This document shows, in pieces, positions 19,928 to 30,219 of a DNA stretch of 64,000 nucleotides. Positions within the stretch are counted from its first letter, which is position 1; every line of letters begins with the position of its first letter. A program made the position numbers and the translations under genes. The notes under the pieces are model-generated. The model saw only the letters and a program-made list of their open reading frames with translations. It was not told the DNA's origin and made no database searches. Source of the stretch: an uncultured Gammaproteobacteria bacterium. Lineage in GTDB: Bacteria; Patescibacteriota; Microgenomatia; JALYQM01. The DNA lies in assembly GCA_964535655.1 (NCBI GenBank), contig CAZHTP010000004.1:75108-139107 (forward strand), given 5' to 3'.

Positions 19928-21718
19928 ATGTATACACTTTCCGTTTTGTTTATCTCTTTTATGGTTGGTTTTTTTGTAACCGACACTTTTGTTCGACGTT
20001 TATTTGAAAAAATGCACGAGAGAATTCGTGAATATAATTATACTTATACTGGGTTACTGGTAGTGTTTTTGGGAGCAGTTTTACAAATTTTATCTTTGGC
20101 TCAAGGTATTGTTATCTCAAGCGGCTTCTATCTATTTTCGTACGGATTGGGAGCTGGAATTGTTATTCACCATATTTTGTATAAAGGGTTCTTGCTTTCA
20201 CAGGATCGGGAGATTTCGACAGCTCAGCGCTATCATAAACAGATTAATCGTGGTTTAGAAATCTTGCCTGGGCTGCTTACTTACTTAGTGCTACTTTCGC
20301 CAGTACTTTTGGCCTTGCGGTTGCCTTTGGTTCTCATCTACCTAGTAATTATTGCGGATGTTTATTGGTTCTTTAAAGCAATGAGAATTGCTCTTTTTGT
20401 GATTGTTGGTTATCGCAAAATGCGTAATGCTGAGAAAACTGATTGGCTAAAAAAGCTTGAGAATGATTATCCAGAAGATTTAAAACGTATTTATCATGTG
20501 TTTGCGGTTCCTACTTATAAAGAAAGCCTGGAAGTGCTTGAGCCGCTATTTAAAGCAATCGTAAATGCAAATTATCCTAAAGATCATTTGTTTATTGCTT
20601 TAGGCCTTGAAGAAAAGGATACCGAAATTGGGCCTAGAAATGCGGAATATCTAAAGGAAAAGTATGGTAATGCGGTTACTATTTTTACTTCGGTGAATCG
20701 TTTGCAGGAAGGTGAATTACAAGGGCCTGCTACTAATCGAAATTGCGCACTTCGCAATGCAAAGGCTGAATTTGATAAACGAGGAATTCCACTTAAAGAT
20801 ATTTTAGTTACCACTCTTGATGCTGATTTTGTTATCCATCCCGAATTTATTGGTGGAGCTACGTATACCTATCTTTCTCAGCCAGTTGGAGAGCGGGACA
20901 AGCGTTCGTTTACGGGGGCATTTTTGTATAACAATAATTACTGGACAACTCCTGCGCCTATGCGTGTTATGGCTGTATCGACAGCTTTTTGGCAACTTTC
21001 GGAGATGGCGTTTAGTGATAAGTATGTGAACTTTGCTTCCTTAACCATGAATTTTCAGTCGTTGTGGGAGCTTGGGCTTTGGATGCCTGACAAAGTGAAT
21101 GATGATTCGGGATTTTATTGGAAAGCGTATTACCATTTTGATGGTGATTATCGTGTAATCCCGCACTTTTTACCATTGTCTGCTGATGCTGTTCAAGATG
21201 TGACTTTTGTTAAGACACTGCAGAACCAATATTTGCAGTATCGCAGGTGGGCGTATGGGGTAGAGCATATCCCCTATATTATTACGAGTTATTTTAAGAA
21301 TAAGAATGTGCCGTTTATTGATAAGACAGGAAAATTAATTTTTGTGCTATGGTCATACGGCTCGTGGGCGACGCTTGCTTTACTCGTGTCTTTTGGTGGT
21401 ATGGTAATTCCAATCTTTAATCCGACATTTGACAAGACAACGGCCTCGCAAAATCTACCAATTTTTTCTTCTTATATATTAACGTTTACTTTTATAAGTC
21501 TTTTCCTAACCATTTTTATGCACGAAAAGATTGTTCCGCCACGGCCAAAAACAATGAGATGGTATGGCCGGGTATTCTCATTCGCACAGTGGCTATTGGT
21601 ACCGATCATTATTTTGACGTTTGGAACGATCCCGGCATTGGATGCTCAGACTCGCTTGATGCTTGGTCAATATATGAAATTTAGGGTAACGAATAAAGCT
21701 CGAGCAGGAAAAATATAA
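19928..21718 (+). CDS. Membrane GT2 glycosyltransferase, processive-synthase-like
   Basis: PTYKE, DADF, NDDS and QYRRWAYG (D,D,D,QxxRW), with flanking TM helices. Confidence 0.85.
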   Translation: MYTLSVLFISFMVGFFVTDTFVRRLFEKMHERIREYNYTYTGLLVVFLGAVLQILSLAQGIVISSGFYLFSYGLGAGIVIHHILYKGFLLSQDREISTAQRYHKQINRGLEILPGLLTYLVLLSPVLLALRLPLVLIYLVIIADVYWFFKAMRIALFVIVGYRKMRNAEKTDWLKKLENDYPEDLKRIYHVFAVPTYKESLEVLEPLFKAIVNANYPKDHLFIALGLEEKDTEIGPRNAEYLKEKYGNAVTIFTSVNRLQEGELQGPATNRNCALRNAKAEFDKRGIPLKDILVTTLDADFVIHPEFIGGATYTYLSQPVGERDKRSFTGAFLYNNNYWTTPAPMRVMAVSTAFWQLSEMAFSDKYVNFASLTMNFQSLWELGLWMPDKVNDDSGFYWKAYYHFDGDYRVIPHFLPLSADAVQDVTFVKTLQNQYLQYRRWAYGVEHIPYIITSYFKNKNVPFIDKTGKLIFVLWSYGSWATLALLVSFGGMVIPIFNPTFDKTTASQNLPIFSSYILTFTFISLFLTIFMHEKIVPPRPKTMRWYGRVFSFAQWLLVPIIILTFGTIPALDAQTRLMLGQYMKFRVTNKARAGKI

Positions 21719-21720
21719 TT

Positions 21721-22446
21721 ATGAATATTGTTTCTCACGATACGCAATTAAAAGTGCAGGAAGCTTTAGTTCATGATTTTGTAACATATATTGCTCAGTA
21801 TAAGAAAAATAAGCTACTATTTTTCTATTCCGGCGGCTCTGTTCTTGAGTTATTTCCATTACTGTATGATTTCCTATTTAAAGAGAATATAACTAAACTT
21901 AACGCCTGGTTTGTTCCGATTGACGAGCGGTTTGATGTATCCGCCAGCAATTTTAAAGCGTTTGCTGCTTTGGAGTGTTTTCGGGGGTTTGAAAGTATGG
22001 GGGTACGTTTTTTAGATGTTTTGTCACATGGGCATTTGCTTGAGGATAGTGCGTATTGGTTTAGCGAGTGGGTGCGGGTTGAAACGGATCAGGTGCATAT
22101 TGCTGATGGTAAAGTTATTTCACTATTTGGAATGGGTGCAGATGGCCATATGGCAGGAATATTTCCTTTTCCTGAAAATGAAGCATTTTTTAATGGTGAA
22201 TTTATTGAAACTTCTCGATTTGCCGTAGGATATGATGTAGGAGAGAAGAATCCGTATACTGAACGAATTACAACGACCTTACCTGCTTTTAAAACAATGG
22301 ATAGAAGTTTTGCCTATGTTTTAGGTGTTAATAAAAAGAGCGCTTTAGAGCGTGTTTTATCTCAGGAGGGTAGCTATTCAGAAACTCCTGCTCGTATATG
22401 GAGAGAATTGTCTGAACACGGTATTTATACCGATATTTCTCTTTAA
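21721..22446 (+). CDS. 6-phosphogluconolactonase / glucosamine-6-P isomerase family protein
   Basis: SGGS, DERF, SNF, GMGADGHMAGIFP, RITTT. Confidence 0.75.
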   Translation: MNIVSHDTQLKVQEALVHDFVTYIAQYKKNKLLFFYSGGSVLELFPLLYDFLFKENITKLNAWFVPIDERFDVSASNFKAFAALECFRGFESMGVRFLDVLSHGHLLEDSAYWFSEWVRVETDQVHIADGKVISLFGMGADGHMAGIFPFPENEAFFNGEFIETSRFAVGYDVGEKNPYTERITTTLPAFKTMDRSFAYVLGVNKKSALERVLSQEGSYSETPARIWRELSEHGIYTDISL

Positions 22447-22447
22447 T

Positions 22448-22741
22448 TTACTTTGGATCGTTGCGAGTGTCACGAGCGCTGAATGCAGGGATGACATCAC
22501 TTAAGGGGATTTTATTTCCTGCACGCGAAGCACTTACTAAACCACGGAATGTTGATTGTACTTGATCAGGAAGTAACTGAGGGTAATTAGGTAACTTAAC
22601 GGCTGAACCGATTGTACCTATAACTACGTTTGAGTCTAATAGCGTTTTATTTTTAAACGCTTCTTGGACTTCGGCGGAAATTATTGGAACGTTATTGAAG
22701 AGGAGTGGCATTGGGTGAGGAGCCGATTTCAAATTCGACAT
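22448..22741 (-). CDS. Hypothetical protein, possibly a frameshifted continuation of the upstream ORF
   Basis: Fills the gap to the convergent gene exactly; overlaps the upstream ORF by up to 50 nt. Confidence 0.35.
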   Translation of the reverse strand: MSNLKSAPHPMPLLFNNVPIISAEVQEAFKNKTLLDSNVVIGTIGSAVKLPNYPQLLPDQVQSTFRGLVSASRAGNKIPLSDVIPAFSARDTRNDPK

Positions 22742-23075
22742 CGGCAGTAGTTGCCCTTATTGCTAATCTTTGTTGGTTATCTAATTCTATTAGACCAAAT
22801 AGTATTTTGTGATTGGGGTCTATTTCTGGAGTTGATGTGGCAGCCGGAGTTTTCTCAAGTGGAATTGCTGTGGTGTCAAACAGCCCACGCCTTGGAGTGG
22901 CTGTTGGTTGCTCCTCTCTTGCTACAACTGTGCTATACGTGTCCATATTTATTGGACTTCCACAAGCGGTTAAAGATAAACCGAATAAGAGAATTCTGCC
23001 AGTATGTCGTATCCTTTGCCAATTGGGACTGGTTGTCCTATTTTTTTTAGTGGGCTTTTGCCGTTCAACATTCAT
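22692..23075 (-). CDS. Putative lipoprotein
   Basis: Basic N-terminus, hydrophobic core, LTAC lipobox, T/P-rich linker; TGGTACAAT upstream of ATG 23075. Confidence 0.55.
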   Translation of the reverse strand: MNVERQKPTKKNRTTSPNWQRIRHTGRILLFGLSLTACGSPINMDTYSTVVAREEQPTATPRRGLFDTTAIPLEKTPAATSTPEIDPNHKILFGLIELDNQQRLAIRATTADVEFEIGSSPNATPLQ

Positions 23076-23094
23076 GCTGCGTGCATTGTACCAC

Positions 23095-25176
23095 TTAAAG
23101 AAGAATTCGTGCATCTAAGGCGATTATCCCGTTTTCTGTGACGGAGAGAGGATTTATGTCGATCTCCTGGATTTCAGGGTAGGACAAGGCGAGGTTGGCT
23201 ATACTTAAAATGGCTTGTACTATTGGCTCGGAGTTTAGGACTTCTTTACCGCGGTACCCATTTAGAATTTGAAAAACCTTGGTTTCTTCAAGCATTGCTT
23301 GTGCTTGACTTTTGGTGATTGGGGCTATGCGCGCTGCTGTGTCGCTGTAGAGCTCGGCATAAGTTCCACCTGTTCCTACAACAATTACTGGGCCAAAAGT
23401 AGGATCGCGCTTCATGCCAAGCAATACTTCGATGCCAACAGGCATTTGTTTTTGAATATAGATAGAATTGTTCGGAGAAGGATTTTTTTTAATTAGCCCT
23501 GCGAGTTGCGTGTAGCTTTCCTTTATTTGAGCCTCATCTCTCAGATTCAAATATACGGCGTGTTGTTCAGTTTTGTGTACAATTTTTTCTGAGGATACTT
23601 TCATAACCACCGGAGTTCCCATTGCTATTGCTTTTTGAACTGCATCGTGAGCAGATGTAACAACCTCACTCCTAGGAAAAGTAATGGCGGTTCGCTTAAA
23701 AATTTGTTCAACTTCATCTTGTGATAGTGTGCTTCGGTTTTCATTTTGAACTTTTTTCAGAATTGTTAGCTGATGAGCATCGGGTAAATGGGTAATGTTT
23801 TGTAGCGGAGGTAATAACTTTAATTGTAACTTCTTTTGAGAGAATTCCCACATTCGTGATAATACATAGACTGCCTGTTCGGGGAAGGTATAACACGGGA
23901 TATTATTTTGAGTAAGGGTATTTGTCGCTTCTGCTACGAGTGTTCCCCCTAGAAAAGCTGCGAGAATTGGCTTGTTCGTTTGCTTAACATGCTTCACTAT
24001 ACTTTGCGCGGTTAGTTCAATTTCTGTTGACGATTGAGGAGTTACTATAACTATACAGGCATCGACGGTATCTTCATTTATTACTGTGTGTAATGCGTGA
24101 TCGTAACGATCTACTTTTGCGTCGCCAATGAGATCGATAGGATCATGGATATTGGCTTCGCGAGGTAGATGTTTACTTAATTCTTGCTGTGTTTTTTCGG
24201 AGATTGGCGCAAGTTGTAGCCCGCTAGTTTCAAGTGCATCGGTGGTAATTATTCCTGGTCCCCCTGCGTTCGTGATTACCGCGATCTGGTTTCCTTTAAG
24301 CTCAGGTAAATTGGAGAAAGCTTTTATCAGGTCAAATAATTCATTAGTAGTGTTAACGCGTAAAATTCCAGTTTGTTTTGTTGCAATAGTAAGTACCTTA
24401 TCTGATCCGGTTAATGATCCGGTGTGTGACTTTACTGCAAGGGCGGCTTTTTCACTTTTCCCTGGCTTTAATAATACTACTGGTACCTTTTGGGTAATAT
24501 TCTGAGCAAGAGACATGAAATTCCTCCCATCAGATATTTCCTCTAAATAGAGCGCTATTACTTTTACTTTTTCAGGTATCTTTTGAAGAAAATGATCTTC
24601 AGTAATTATGGCTTTGTTGCCGAGCGAGATGAACTGACTGAAACCGATATGATGGTTCGATGCCCAGTCGATGGCTGCTGTTCCGAATGCGCCCGACTGG
24701 GACAGGAATAGTATATTTCCGTTGGCTGGCATTTCTGCTGCAAATGATGCATTTAAATTTTTTCCAGGGATGATAATTCCTAAACAATTGGGTCCAAGAG
24801 CTGGAATTTTTGCACTAATTAATTTCTGTTTAATACGTTCTTCCAGAGCTTTACCTTCCAAACCACTTTCTTTAAAACCTGAGGTTATGATGATAATAGA
24901 GCCGACATTTTTTTGAATACTTTCATCGATGACAGATTCAACAAGTTGTTGCGGAATAGCTATAATTGCCAGGTCGATTTTATCTGCATACTCCGTGATT
25001 GAGGCTAAGGATTGATGTCCCTGAATAATTTCTTTTTTAGGATTGACCGGAATAACTGTTCCAGGGTAATTGCTTTTGAGCAAATTTGAAAGTATTTGTG
25101 CGCCAATTTTGTTCGGGTCACGTGATGCTCCAATTATTGCGATAGATTTTGGTTCAAGAAGGGGCAAGAGATCCAT
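23095..25176 (-). CDS. Acetate--CoA ligase (ADP-forming), fused alpha/beta subunits
   Basis: IAIIGAS CoA-binding fold, GPNCLG, SQSGA, SHTGSL (phospho-His), TNAGGPG, ATP-grasp with HKTE and EIDINP. Confidence 0.9.
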   Translation of the reverse strand: MDLLPLLEPKSIAIIGASRDPNKIGAQILSNLLKSNYPGTVIPVNPKKEIIQGHQSLASITEYADKIDLAIIAIPQQLVESVIDESIQKNVGSIIIITSGFKESGLEGKALEERIKQKLISAKIPALGPNCLGIIIPGKNLNASFAAEMPANGNILFLSQSGAFGTAAIDWASNHHIGFSQFISLGNKAIITEDHFLQKIPEKVKVIALYLEEISDGRNFMSLAQNITQKVPVVLLKPGKSEKAALAVKSHTGSLTGSDKVLTIATKQTGILRVNTTNELFDLIKAFSNLPELKGNQIAVITNAGGPGIITTDALETSGLQLAPISEKTQQELSKHLPREANIHDPIDLIGDAKVDRYDHALHTVINEDTVDACIVIVTPQSSTEIELTAQSIVKHVKQTNKPILAAFLGGTLVAEATNTLTQNNIPCYTFPEQAVYVLSRMWEFSQKKLQLKLLPPLQNITHLPDAHQLTILKKVQNENRSTLSQDEVEQIFKRTAITFPRSEVVTSAHDAVQKAIAMGTPVVMKVSSEKIVHKTEQHAVYLNLRDEAQIKESYTQLAGLIKKNPSPNNSIYIQKQMPVGIEVLLGMKRDPTFGPVIVVGTGGTYAELYSDTAARIAPITKSQAQAMLEETKVFQILNGYRGKEVLNSEPIVQAILSIANLALSYPEIQEIDINPLSVTENGIIALDARILL

Positions 25177-25224
25177 GGTTTTAGTATAGAATGAATCCAG
25201 TTTTTTTGATAGACTAGCTTTGCT

Positions 25225-25695
25225 ATGGCTGACTTGTTAATCCGCAAAATTGAAGAAAGAGATGTCGATGTAGTTGGACGATTGTGGTATCAGTTAAGCT
25301 TATATCATGAGAATTTTGCTCGCTATTATGAAGTTCGGCGGGATACAGAAGCGATTCTTGGTAACCATGTGCGCGATTTAATGCATCGTAACTGCATTTT
25401 TTTTGTTGCTGAGGCCGGTGGGCGGGTAGTGGGGTTTGTAAGTGGATACATTGTAATGCGTAACCCACAACTTGTAGTAGATCGAGTTGGAAAAGTTGAT
25501 AATATCTTTGTTGATGACGAATTTCGTGGTAAGGGGATTGGGACACAGTTATTGGAACAATTATTTGCTTATATAAAATCCCAAAATGTTGTGTATATAG
25601 AATTAAGTTGTGATTTTGCTAATGACCGAGCATTGGAGCTTTATAAAAGACTTGGGTTTAAAGAACAGAAAGTATTAATGGTGAGAGAAGGGTAG
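25225..25695 (+). CDS. GNAT family N-acetyltransferase
   Basis: FVDDEFRGKGIGTQLL and NDRALELYKRLGF. Confidence 0.9.
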   Translation: MADLLIRKIEERDVDVVGRLWYQLSLYHENFARYYEVRRDTEAILGNHVRDLMHRNCIFFVAEAGGRVVGFVSGYIVMRNPQLVVDRVGKVDNIFVDDEFRGKGIGTQLLEQLFAYIKSQNVVYIELSCDFANDRALELYKRLGFKEQKVLMVREG

Positions 25696-25696
25696 T

Positions 25697-26332
25697 ATGC
25701 GAGTATATTTTGTCAGACATGGTGAAACAGCAGCTGGATCTACAGGGAATCACCAGAGGTCGGATGATCGCTTAAGTGCACTTGGACATGAGCAGGCAGA
25801 ATTTCTTGCTCAGAGACTTTCTGAAGTTGTAATTGACGCAATTTTTTGCAGCCCTTATGTTCGTGCTGTTGAAACGGCGACACATATTTCTACGGTAGTT
25901 CATCAACATATAGTATATTCTAAAGAGTTGGTTGAAATTAAGCTACCGACCGAAATTGAGGGTAAGAAGCATGATGATGTTGATATTAAAGCAATTCGAA
26001 AACAAATACGAGATCACTTTGGCGATGATGAATGGCATTATTCTGACGAAGAAAATTTTTTTGATTTAAAGTCGAGAGCCGCTCGTTTTATTCAAGAGCT
26101 TAACTCACTTGAAAAAGAAAATGTCCTTGTTGTGACTCATGGTGGGTTTATGGTTTTTATTTTAATGTACATGAAATTCGGTGAATCTTTGACAGCGGAT
26201 TTGTTTAAACAAATGCAATCATTTATGCACTCCAATAATACTGGTATTACGTTACTTGATAACAGTTATGACGGTAATTGGTGGCTTATATCGTGGAATG
26301 ATCATGGGCATCTGGGATATTTTTATAAATAA
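25697..26332 (+). CDS. Histidine phosphatase (phosphoglycerate mutase family)
   Basis: FVRHGET, SPYVRAVET, LVVTHGG, WNDHGHL. Confidence 0.9.
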   Translation: MRVYFVRHGETAAGSTGNHQRSDDRLSALGHEQAEFLAQRLSEVVIDAIFCSPYVRAVETATHISTVVHQHIVYSKELVEIKLPTEIEGKKHDDVDIKAIRKQIRDHFGDDEWHYSDEENFFDLKSRAARFIQELNSLEKENVLVVTHGGFMVFILMYMKFGESLTADLFKQMQSFMHSNNTGITLLDNSYDGNWWLISWNDHGHLGYFYK

Positions 26333-26334
26333 CT

Positions 26335-26880
26335 ATGGCAACTTTTGAAACCGAAACTAAAATCTTGGATGTAAATTGGGATGAAATGGTTGAGGTATTG
26401 AAGCAAATTGGAGCTTCACATGTGTCTGATCGTGAATTTGCGGTTGATTGGTACCGCCCAAAAGGCGAAAAACTTGGTGAAGAGAACTGGTATTTACGAA
26501 CAAGAAGCTGGAAAGATGGAGAAGCAGAGGTTACCTGGAAAGGCAAACGGGAGGTCTTTTCTAATTCACGGCGTCATGAAGAGATCAATACTGGAATTAC
26601 TGATGCTTTGCAAATGGGAAAACTATTTGAAATGATTGGACTTGAGCATTATGCACATCAAGAAAAAAAGAGATCATCATGGACTTTTAACGAATGGAAA
26701 TTTGATTTAGATCAGTATCCCGGGATGCCTGCCTATTTAGAGATTGAAGGCAAAGGTGATGAGCATATTATGGATGCAGTTGCATTACTCCGTTTAGAAG
26801 AACATGAGCGCTGTTTTGACGGTGAGCGCGTTTTAATAATGGACAAATATAATTTGGATTGGCTGGATATGCGATTTTAA
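26335..26880 (+). CDS. CYTH domain protein (triphosphate tunnel family)
   Basis: N-terminal ExExK (FETETK), LRTR, TWK, EKKR, YLEIEG. Confidence 0.82.
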   Translation: MATFETETKILDVNWDEMVEVLKQIGASHVSDREFAVDWYRPKGEKLGEENWYLRTRSWKDGEAEVTWKGKREVFSNSRRHEEINTGITDALQMGKLFEMIGLEHYAHQEKKRSSWTFNEWKFDLDQYPGMPAYLEIEGKGDEHIMDAVALLRLEEHERCFDGERVLIMDKYNLDWLDMRF

Positions 26881-26903
26881 TTCTTCGTGTTATTATACCT
26901 TCG

Positions 26904-29900
26904 ATGTCTTCGTTTGATACACTTTATTCAAAATTAAATGAGCGCCAGCGAGAAGCGGTTGATCATATTGATGGCCCAATGATGGTTTTAGCTGGTGCTG
27001 GTACTGGAAAAACGCAAGTTCTGGCGATGCGAATTGGAAACCTGATGCGTATGACTGGAGTAGGCGCTGGAAATATTTTGTGCCTTACGTTTACTGATGC
27101 TGGTGTTACCGCTATGCGTGAACGTTTAATACGAATACTTGGTAGTGATGGACATGCGGCTAAAGTGGCTACTTTTCATTCATTCTCAAGTGAAGTGATG
27201 TCTGATTATCCAGAAAAATTTATTAAATCAGCGGAATTGTTACAAATAACGGATTTAGAGCGAGTTCAAATGCTTACAACAATTCTTGAAAACTTGCCCT
27301 ATGGAGATCCTTTAAAGCATGCAAACAATCCTGTTTTATATCTTAACGATATTTCCTCGCGGATAAGTGAGTTGAAGCGTGAAGGAGTGAACCCTGATCG
27401 ACTTGATCATTTTATCTACGAGCAGCTCTTATTTGTAGAGCGGACAAAAGAATTATTTGAGTCTATGACGAGTACCAATGCTGGCCAATTCTCGGAGAGT
27501 TTTCTTGATGATATTCATAACGGACTTATGGAGATAGGTAAAACAGTAGACGGTAGTGATTACTTGTACCGTAGTGCCGGGCTTTTGCTAATACGTGCCC
27601 GTGAACTTGCTTCACTGAACCCTACAAAAACTGGCAAGGTAAGTTATTCGAAATTGAAGGAAGAGATGAAGCGATTTTATGCTCAAGTGTCAGGAAAAAT
27701 TGAGCATCAGAAATCTTTGAACATTGTGTATCGTCAGTATTTGAAAGTGATGGAAGAAAACGGTCGATATGATTTTGAAGATATGATTAATAATGTTTTA
27801 AGCTTGCTTGTTTCGGAAGAGAATATGCGGCGGGATTTTCAGGAGAGATACCAGTATGTGCTGGTTGATGAGTACCAGGATACTAATACTGCACAAAATA
27901 GACTGGTTGATGTATTTGGCGCGGACGTTGATTCTCCAAATATTTTTGTAGTAGGGGATGATGATCAATCCATTTTTCGTTTTCAGGGAGCTTCGTTGGA
28001 AAATGTCGTAGGTTTTACCAATCAGTATCGTGATTCTGTGAAGGTGGTTTCGTTAACTCAGAACTATCGTAGTCAGCCAGGGATATTAAAAGGTGCTGAT
28101 TTATTAATTCAAAATAATCAGTTCCGGGCGGCAGTTGCTATTGCCAATGTTACTAAAGAATTACAGGCAGGACTTGACTTATCTGAAAAACCGATACGCG
28201 TAGTATCTTTTGCGGATTCGGGATCAGAGTATTATTGGATTGCCCGACAGATACGAGAACTGCTTGATCATGGGGTGGAACCGGCAGAGATTGCGGTGCT
28301 TGGTAAAACGAACAACGATTTGCTTGAACTTGTACCATTTGTGAAGAAACTAGAGATTCCGTTTACGTTATCCCGTAGTGAGAATGCTTTTGAAAATGTT
28401 ATTGTAAATCAATTTTTGAGACTAATTTTAGCAATTCGGAACCCATATGATAATCAAAATTTCTTCTTTTTGCTTGAGTCTGCGGCAGGAGGAATTCCTC
28501 CAATCGAATTTTTACGCATAAATAAATATGTGCTTTCCCATCCACGCGCTGGAATTATGTATTTTGATTTGTTGGGCGAGATGAAGACGTTACTTGAAGC
28601 AGGAGTTATCGATACCATTTCTTGCACAGCTTTATACCAAAATATTGTACGCTGGCGTGAACTTATTGGACTATTGGCTCCAATTGAAGTGATAAGTGAT
28701 ATTGTTTCTACTTCGGGAATACTTGAGCAGTGTAGTGTTAGTGGAGAAAATGAACTGGAGAATCTACGAGCTTTGGGTACGTTAGTTGCTGAATTTGGGA
28801 AGGCAATTCAATCGAATCGTACGGCAAGTTTTGACCAGTTAGTGCAGCTTGCGGTTGATATGCTGGGACATAATTTACCCCTCACCCTAAGTGGTCGAGG
28901 TAGTGTTTCGGATCGAGTTTGTTTAACAACGGTTCACAAGTCTAAAGGTCTTGAGTATGGTCATGTTTTTATGATGAACTCAATTGAGCGAAAATGGGAG
29001 AAGGGAGGGCGAGGAGATCGATTGCCTCTTCCTTTGAATTTATTTGAAAATGATTTAGGTGTGGCGGCCCGACAACAGGAAGAAGAGGCGCGGCGTTTAT
29101 TCTATGTTGCGGTTACTCGTGCTAAGCATGAACTAGTGATTTCTTATTCTAATACTGATCGTGATGGGAAGAAACAACTCCCGACGCAATTTATTACTGA
29201 GCTTGGCGAGGATGGAATCGCCCAAGAGATGGTAACCCTTGATGCGAAACAAGATAAAGATTGTTTGATTACACAAATAACTGGCTTAAAACGGCCTGAA
29301 TCATATGACACCGAAACGCGAGGCTATATGCGCGAACGATTACAGGATTATTCCTTGAGCGCTTCACACCTTAATGCGTATCGCAAGTGTCCACGAATGT
29401 TTTATTACCAATATTTTATACGGGCGCCTATTATTCCAGATACAGCGCTTGTAGTTGGTACAGCTGCACATAAAGCCGTAGAGGCACTGTTTGAAAGTAA
29501 CTTGCATGGTGAAGTGATAACTGCCGATGAGATGGTTGAGATTTATAAAAAAACGCTTGAGCGAAGTTTTCTTACGGGGTCCAAGTTTTCTGATGCACTC
29601 AAGCGGGGAGAGATTTTTTTACCAAAATATTATGCTTACCGAGTTAATAATTTGCCAAAGAAAGTAAAAATAGAAACCGACTTTAGTTACCATACTATTT
29701 CGCTTGAGGGAATTCGCTTAACCGGAAAGATTGACATGATTGAATTCACTGATGATGTCTCGAGGCGATGTGTCGTTTATGATTTTAAAACAGGAGACTC
29801 AACTAAAGGATCAAAACGAGTTGCCTTTGATGAAGATATTTGGCGTCAGGTAGTGTTTTATAAGTTGCTTACAAAATTGTCGCGTCGGTTTGGATTTACC

Positions 29901-30119
29901 ATGGAGCGAGGAATAGTGGAATTTGTAGAGCCGGATAAGGAAGGTAATTTTACGACTGTTGAAGTTAATGTTACAGATAGCGAACTGGATATTGTAAAAG
30001 GTCAAGTTAAAGAGATGTGGACTGAACTTCAATCTTTAAACTTTTCCTGTCGCGAGCCGATAGGCGAGTGTCGCTACTGCAAAAATATATTAAAAGTAGG
30101 TGACGGCGAAGGATTCTAA
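26904..30119 (+). CDS. UvrD/PcrA-family helicase fused to a PD-(D/E)xK nuclease (AdnB/AddA-like)
   Basis: AGAGTGKT, LVDEYQDTN, VGDDDQSIFRFQGA, QNYRS, TVHKSKGLEY, RRLFYVAVTRA; nuclease GKIDMIE...YDFKTG; Cys in KCPR and C..CRYC. Confidence 0.92.
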   Translation: MSSFDTLYSKLNERQREAVDHIDGPMMVLAGAGTGKTQVLAMRIGNLMRMTGVGAGNILCLTFTDAGVTAMRERLIRILGSDGHAAKVATFHSFSSEVMSDYPEKFIKSAELLQITDLERVQMLTTILENLPYGDPLKHANNPVLYLNDISSRISELKREGVNPDRLDHFIYEQLLFVERTKELFESMTSTNAGQFSESFLDDIHNGLMEIGKTVDGSDYLYRSAGLLLIRARELASLNPTKTGKVSYSKLKEEMKRFYAQVSGKIEHQKSLNIVYRQYLKVMEENGRYDFEDMINNVLSLLVSEENMRRDFQERYQYVLVDEYQDTNTAQNRLVDVFGADVDSPNIFVVGDDDQSIFRFQGASLENVVGFTNQYRDSVKVVSLTQNYRSQPGILKGADLLIQNNQFRAAVAIANVTKELQAGLDLSEKPIRVVSFADSGSEYYWIARQIRELLDHGVEPAEIAVLGKTNNDLLELVPFVKKLEIPFTLSRSENAFENVIVNQFLRLILAIRNPYDNQNFFFLLESAAGGIPPIEFLRINKYVLSHPRAGIMYFDLLGEMKTLLEAGVIDTISCTALYQNIVRWRELIGLLAPIEVISDIVSTSGILEQCSVSGENELENLRALGTLVAEFGKAIQSNRTASFDQLVQLAVDMLGHNLPLTLSGRGSVSDRVCLTTVHKSKGLEYGHVFMMNSIERKWEKGGRGDRLPLPLNLFENDLGVAARQQEEEARRLFYVAVTRAKHELVISYSNTDRDGKKQLPTQFITELGEDGIAQEMVTLDAKQDKDCLITQITGLKRPESYDTETRGYMRERLQDYSLSASHLNAYRKCPRMFYYQYFIRAPIIPDTALVVGTAAHKAVEALFESNLHGEVITADEMVEIYKKTLERSFLTGSKFSDALKRGEIFLPKYYAYRVNNLPKKVKIETDFSYHTISLEGIRLTGKIDMIEFTDDVSRRCVVYDFKTGDSTKGSKRVAFDEDIWRQVVFYKLLTKLSRRFGFTMERGIVEFVEPDKEGNFTTVEVNVTDSELDIVKGQVKEMWTELQSLNFSCREPIGECRYCKNILKVGDGEGF

Positions 30120-30165
30120 TAAATATCTATAATTCGGCCACTAATATTTGGGAGAGCTACGTTGC

Positions 30166-30219
30166 TTTTTTCAGGATATGGTAGAGACACTTGTGCAAGT
30201 TGGTGCATACCTGAGAAAA
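30166..30219. terminator. Hairpin between convergent genes, possible bidirectional terminator
   Basis: TTTTTTCAGGATATG/CATACCTGAGAAAA imperfect inverted repeat. Confidence 0.4.

Noticed and set aside
23095-25176. Protein lysine acetyltransferase Pat
   Set aside because: No fused GNAT domain, and the catalytic His residues are retained
29340-30119. Cas4 / CRISPR locus
   Set aside because: The nuclease is fused to a UvrD motor and no cas genes or array are present
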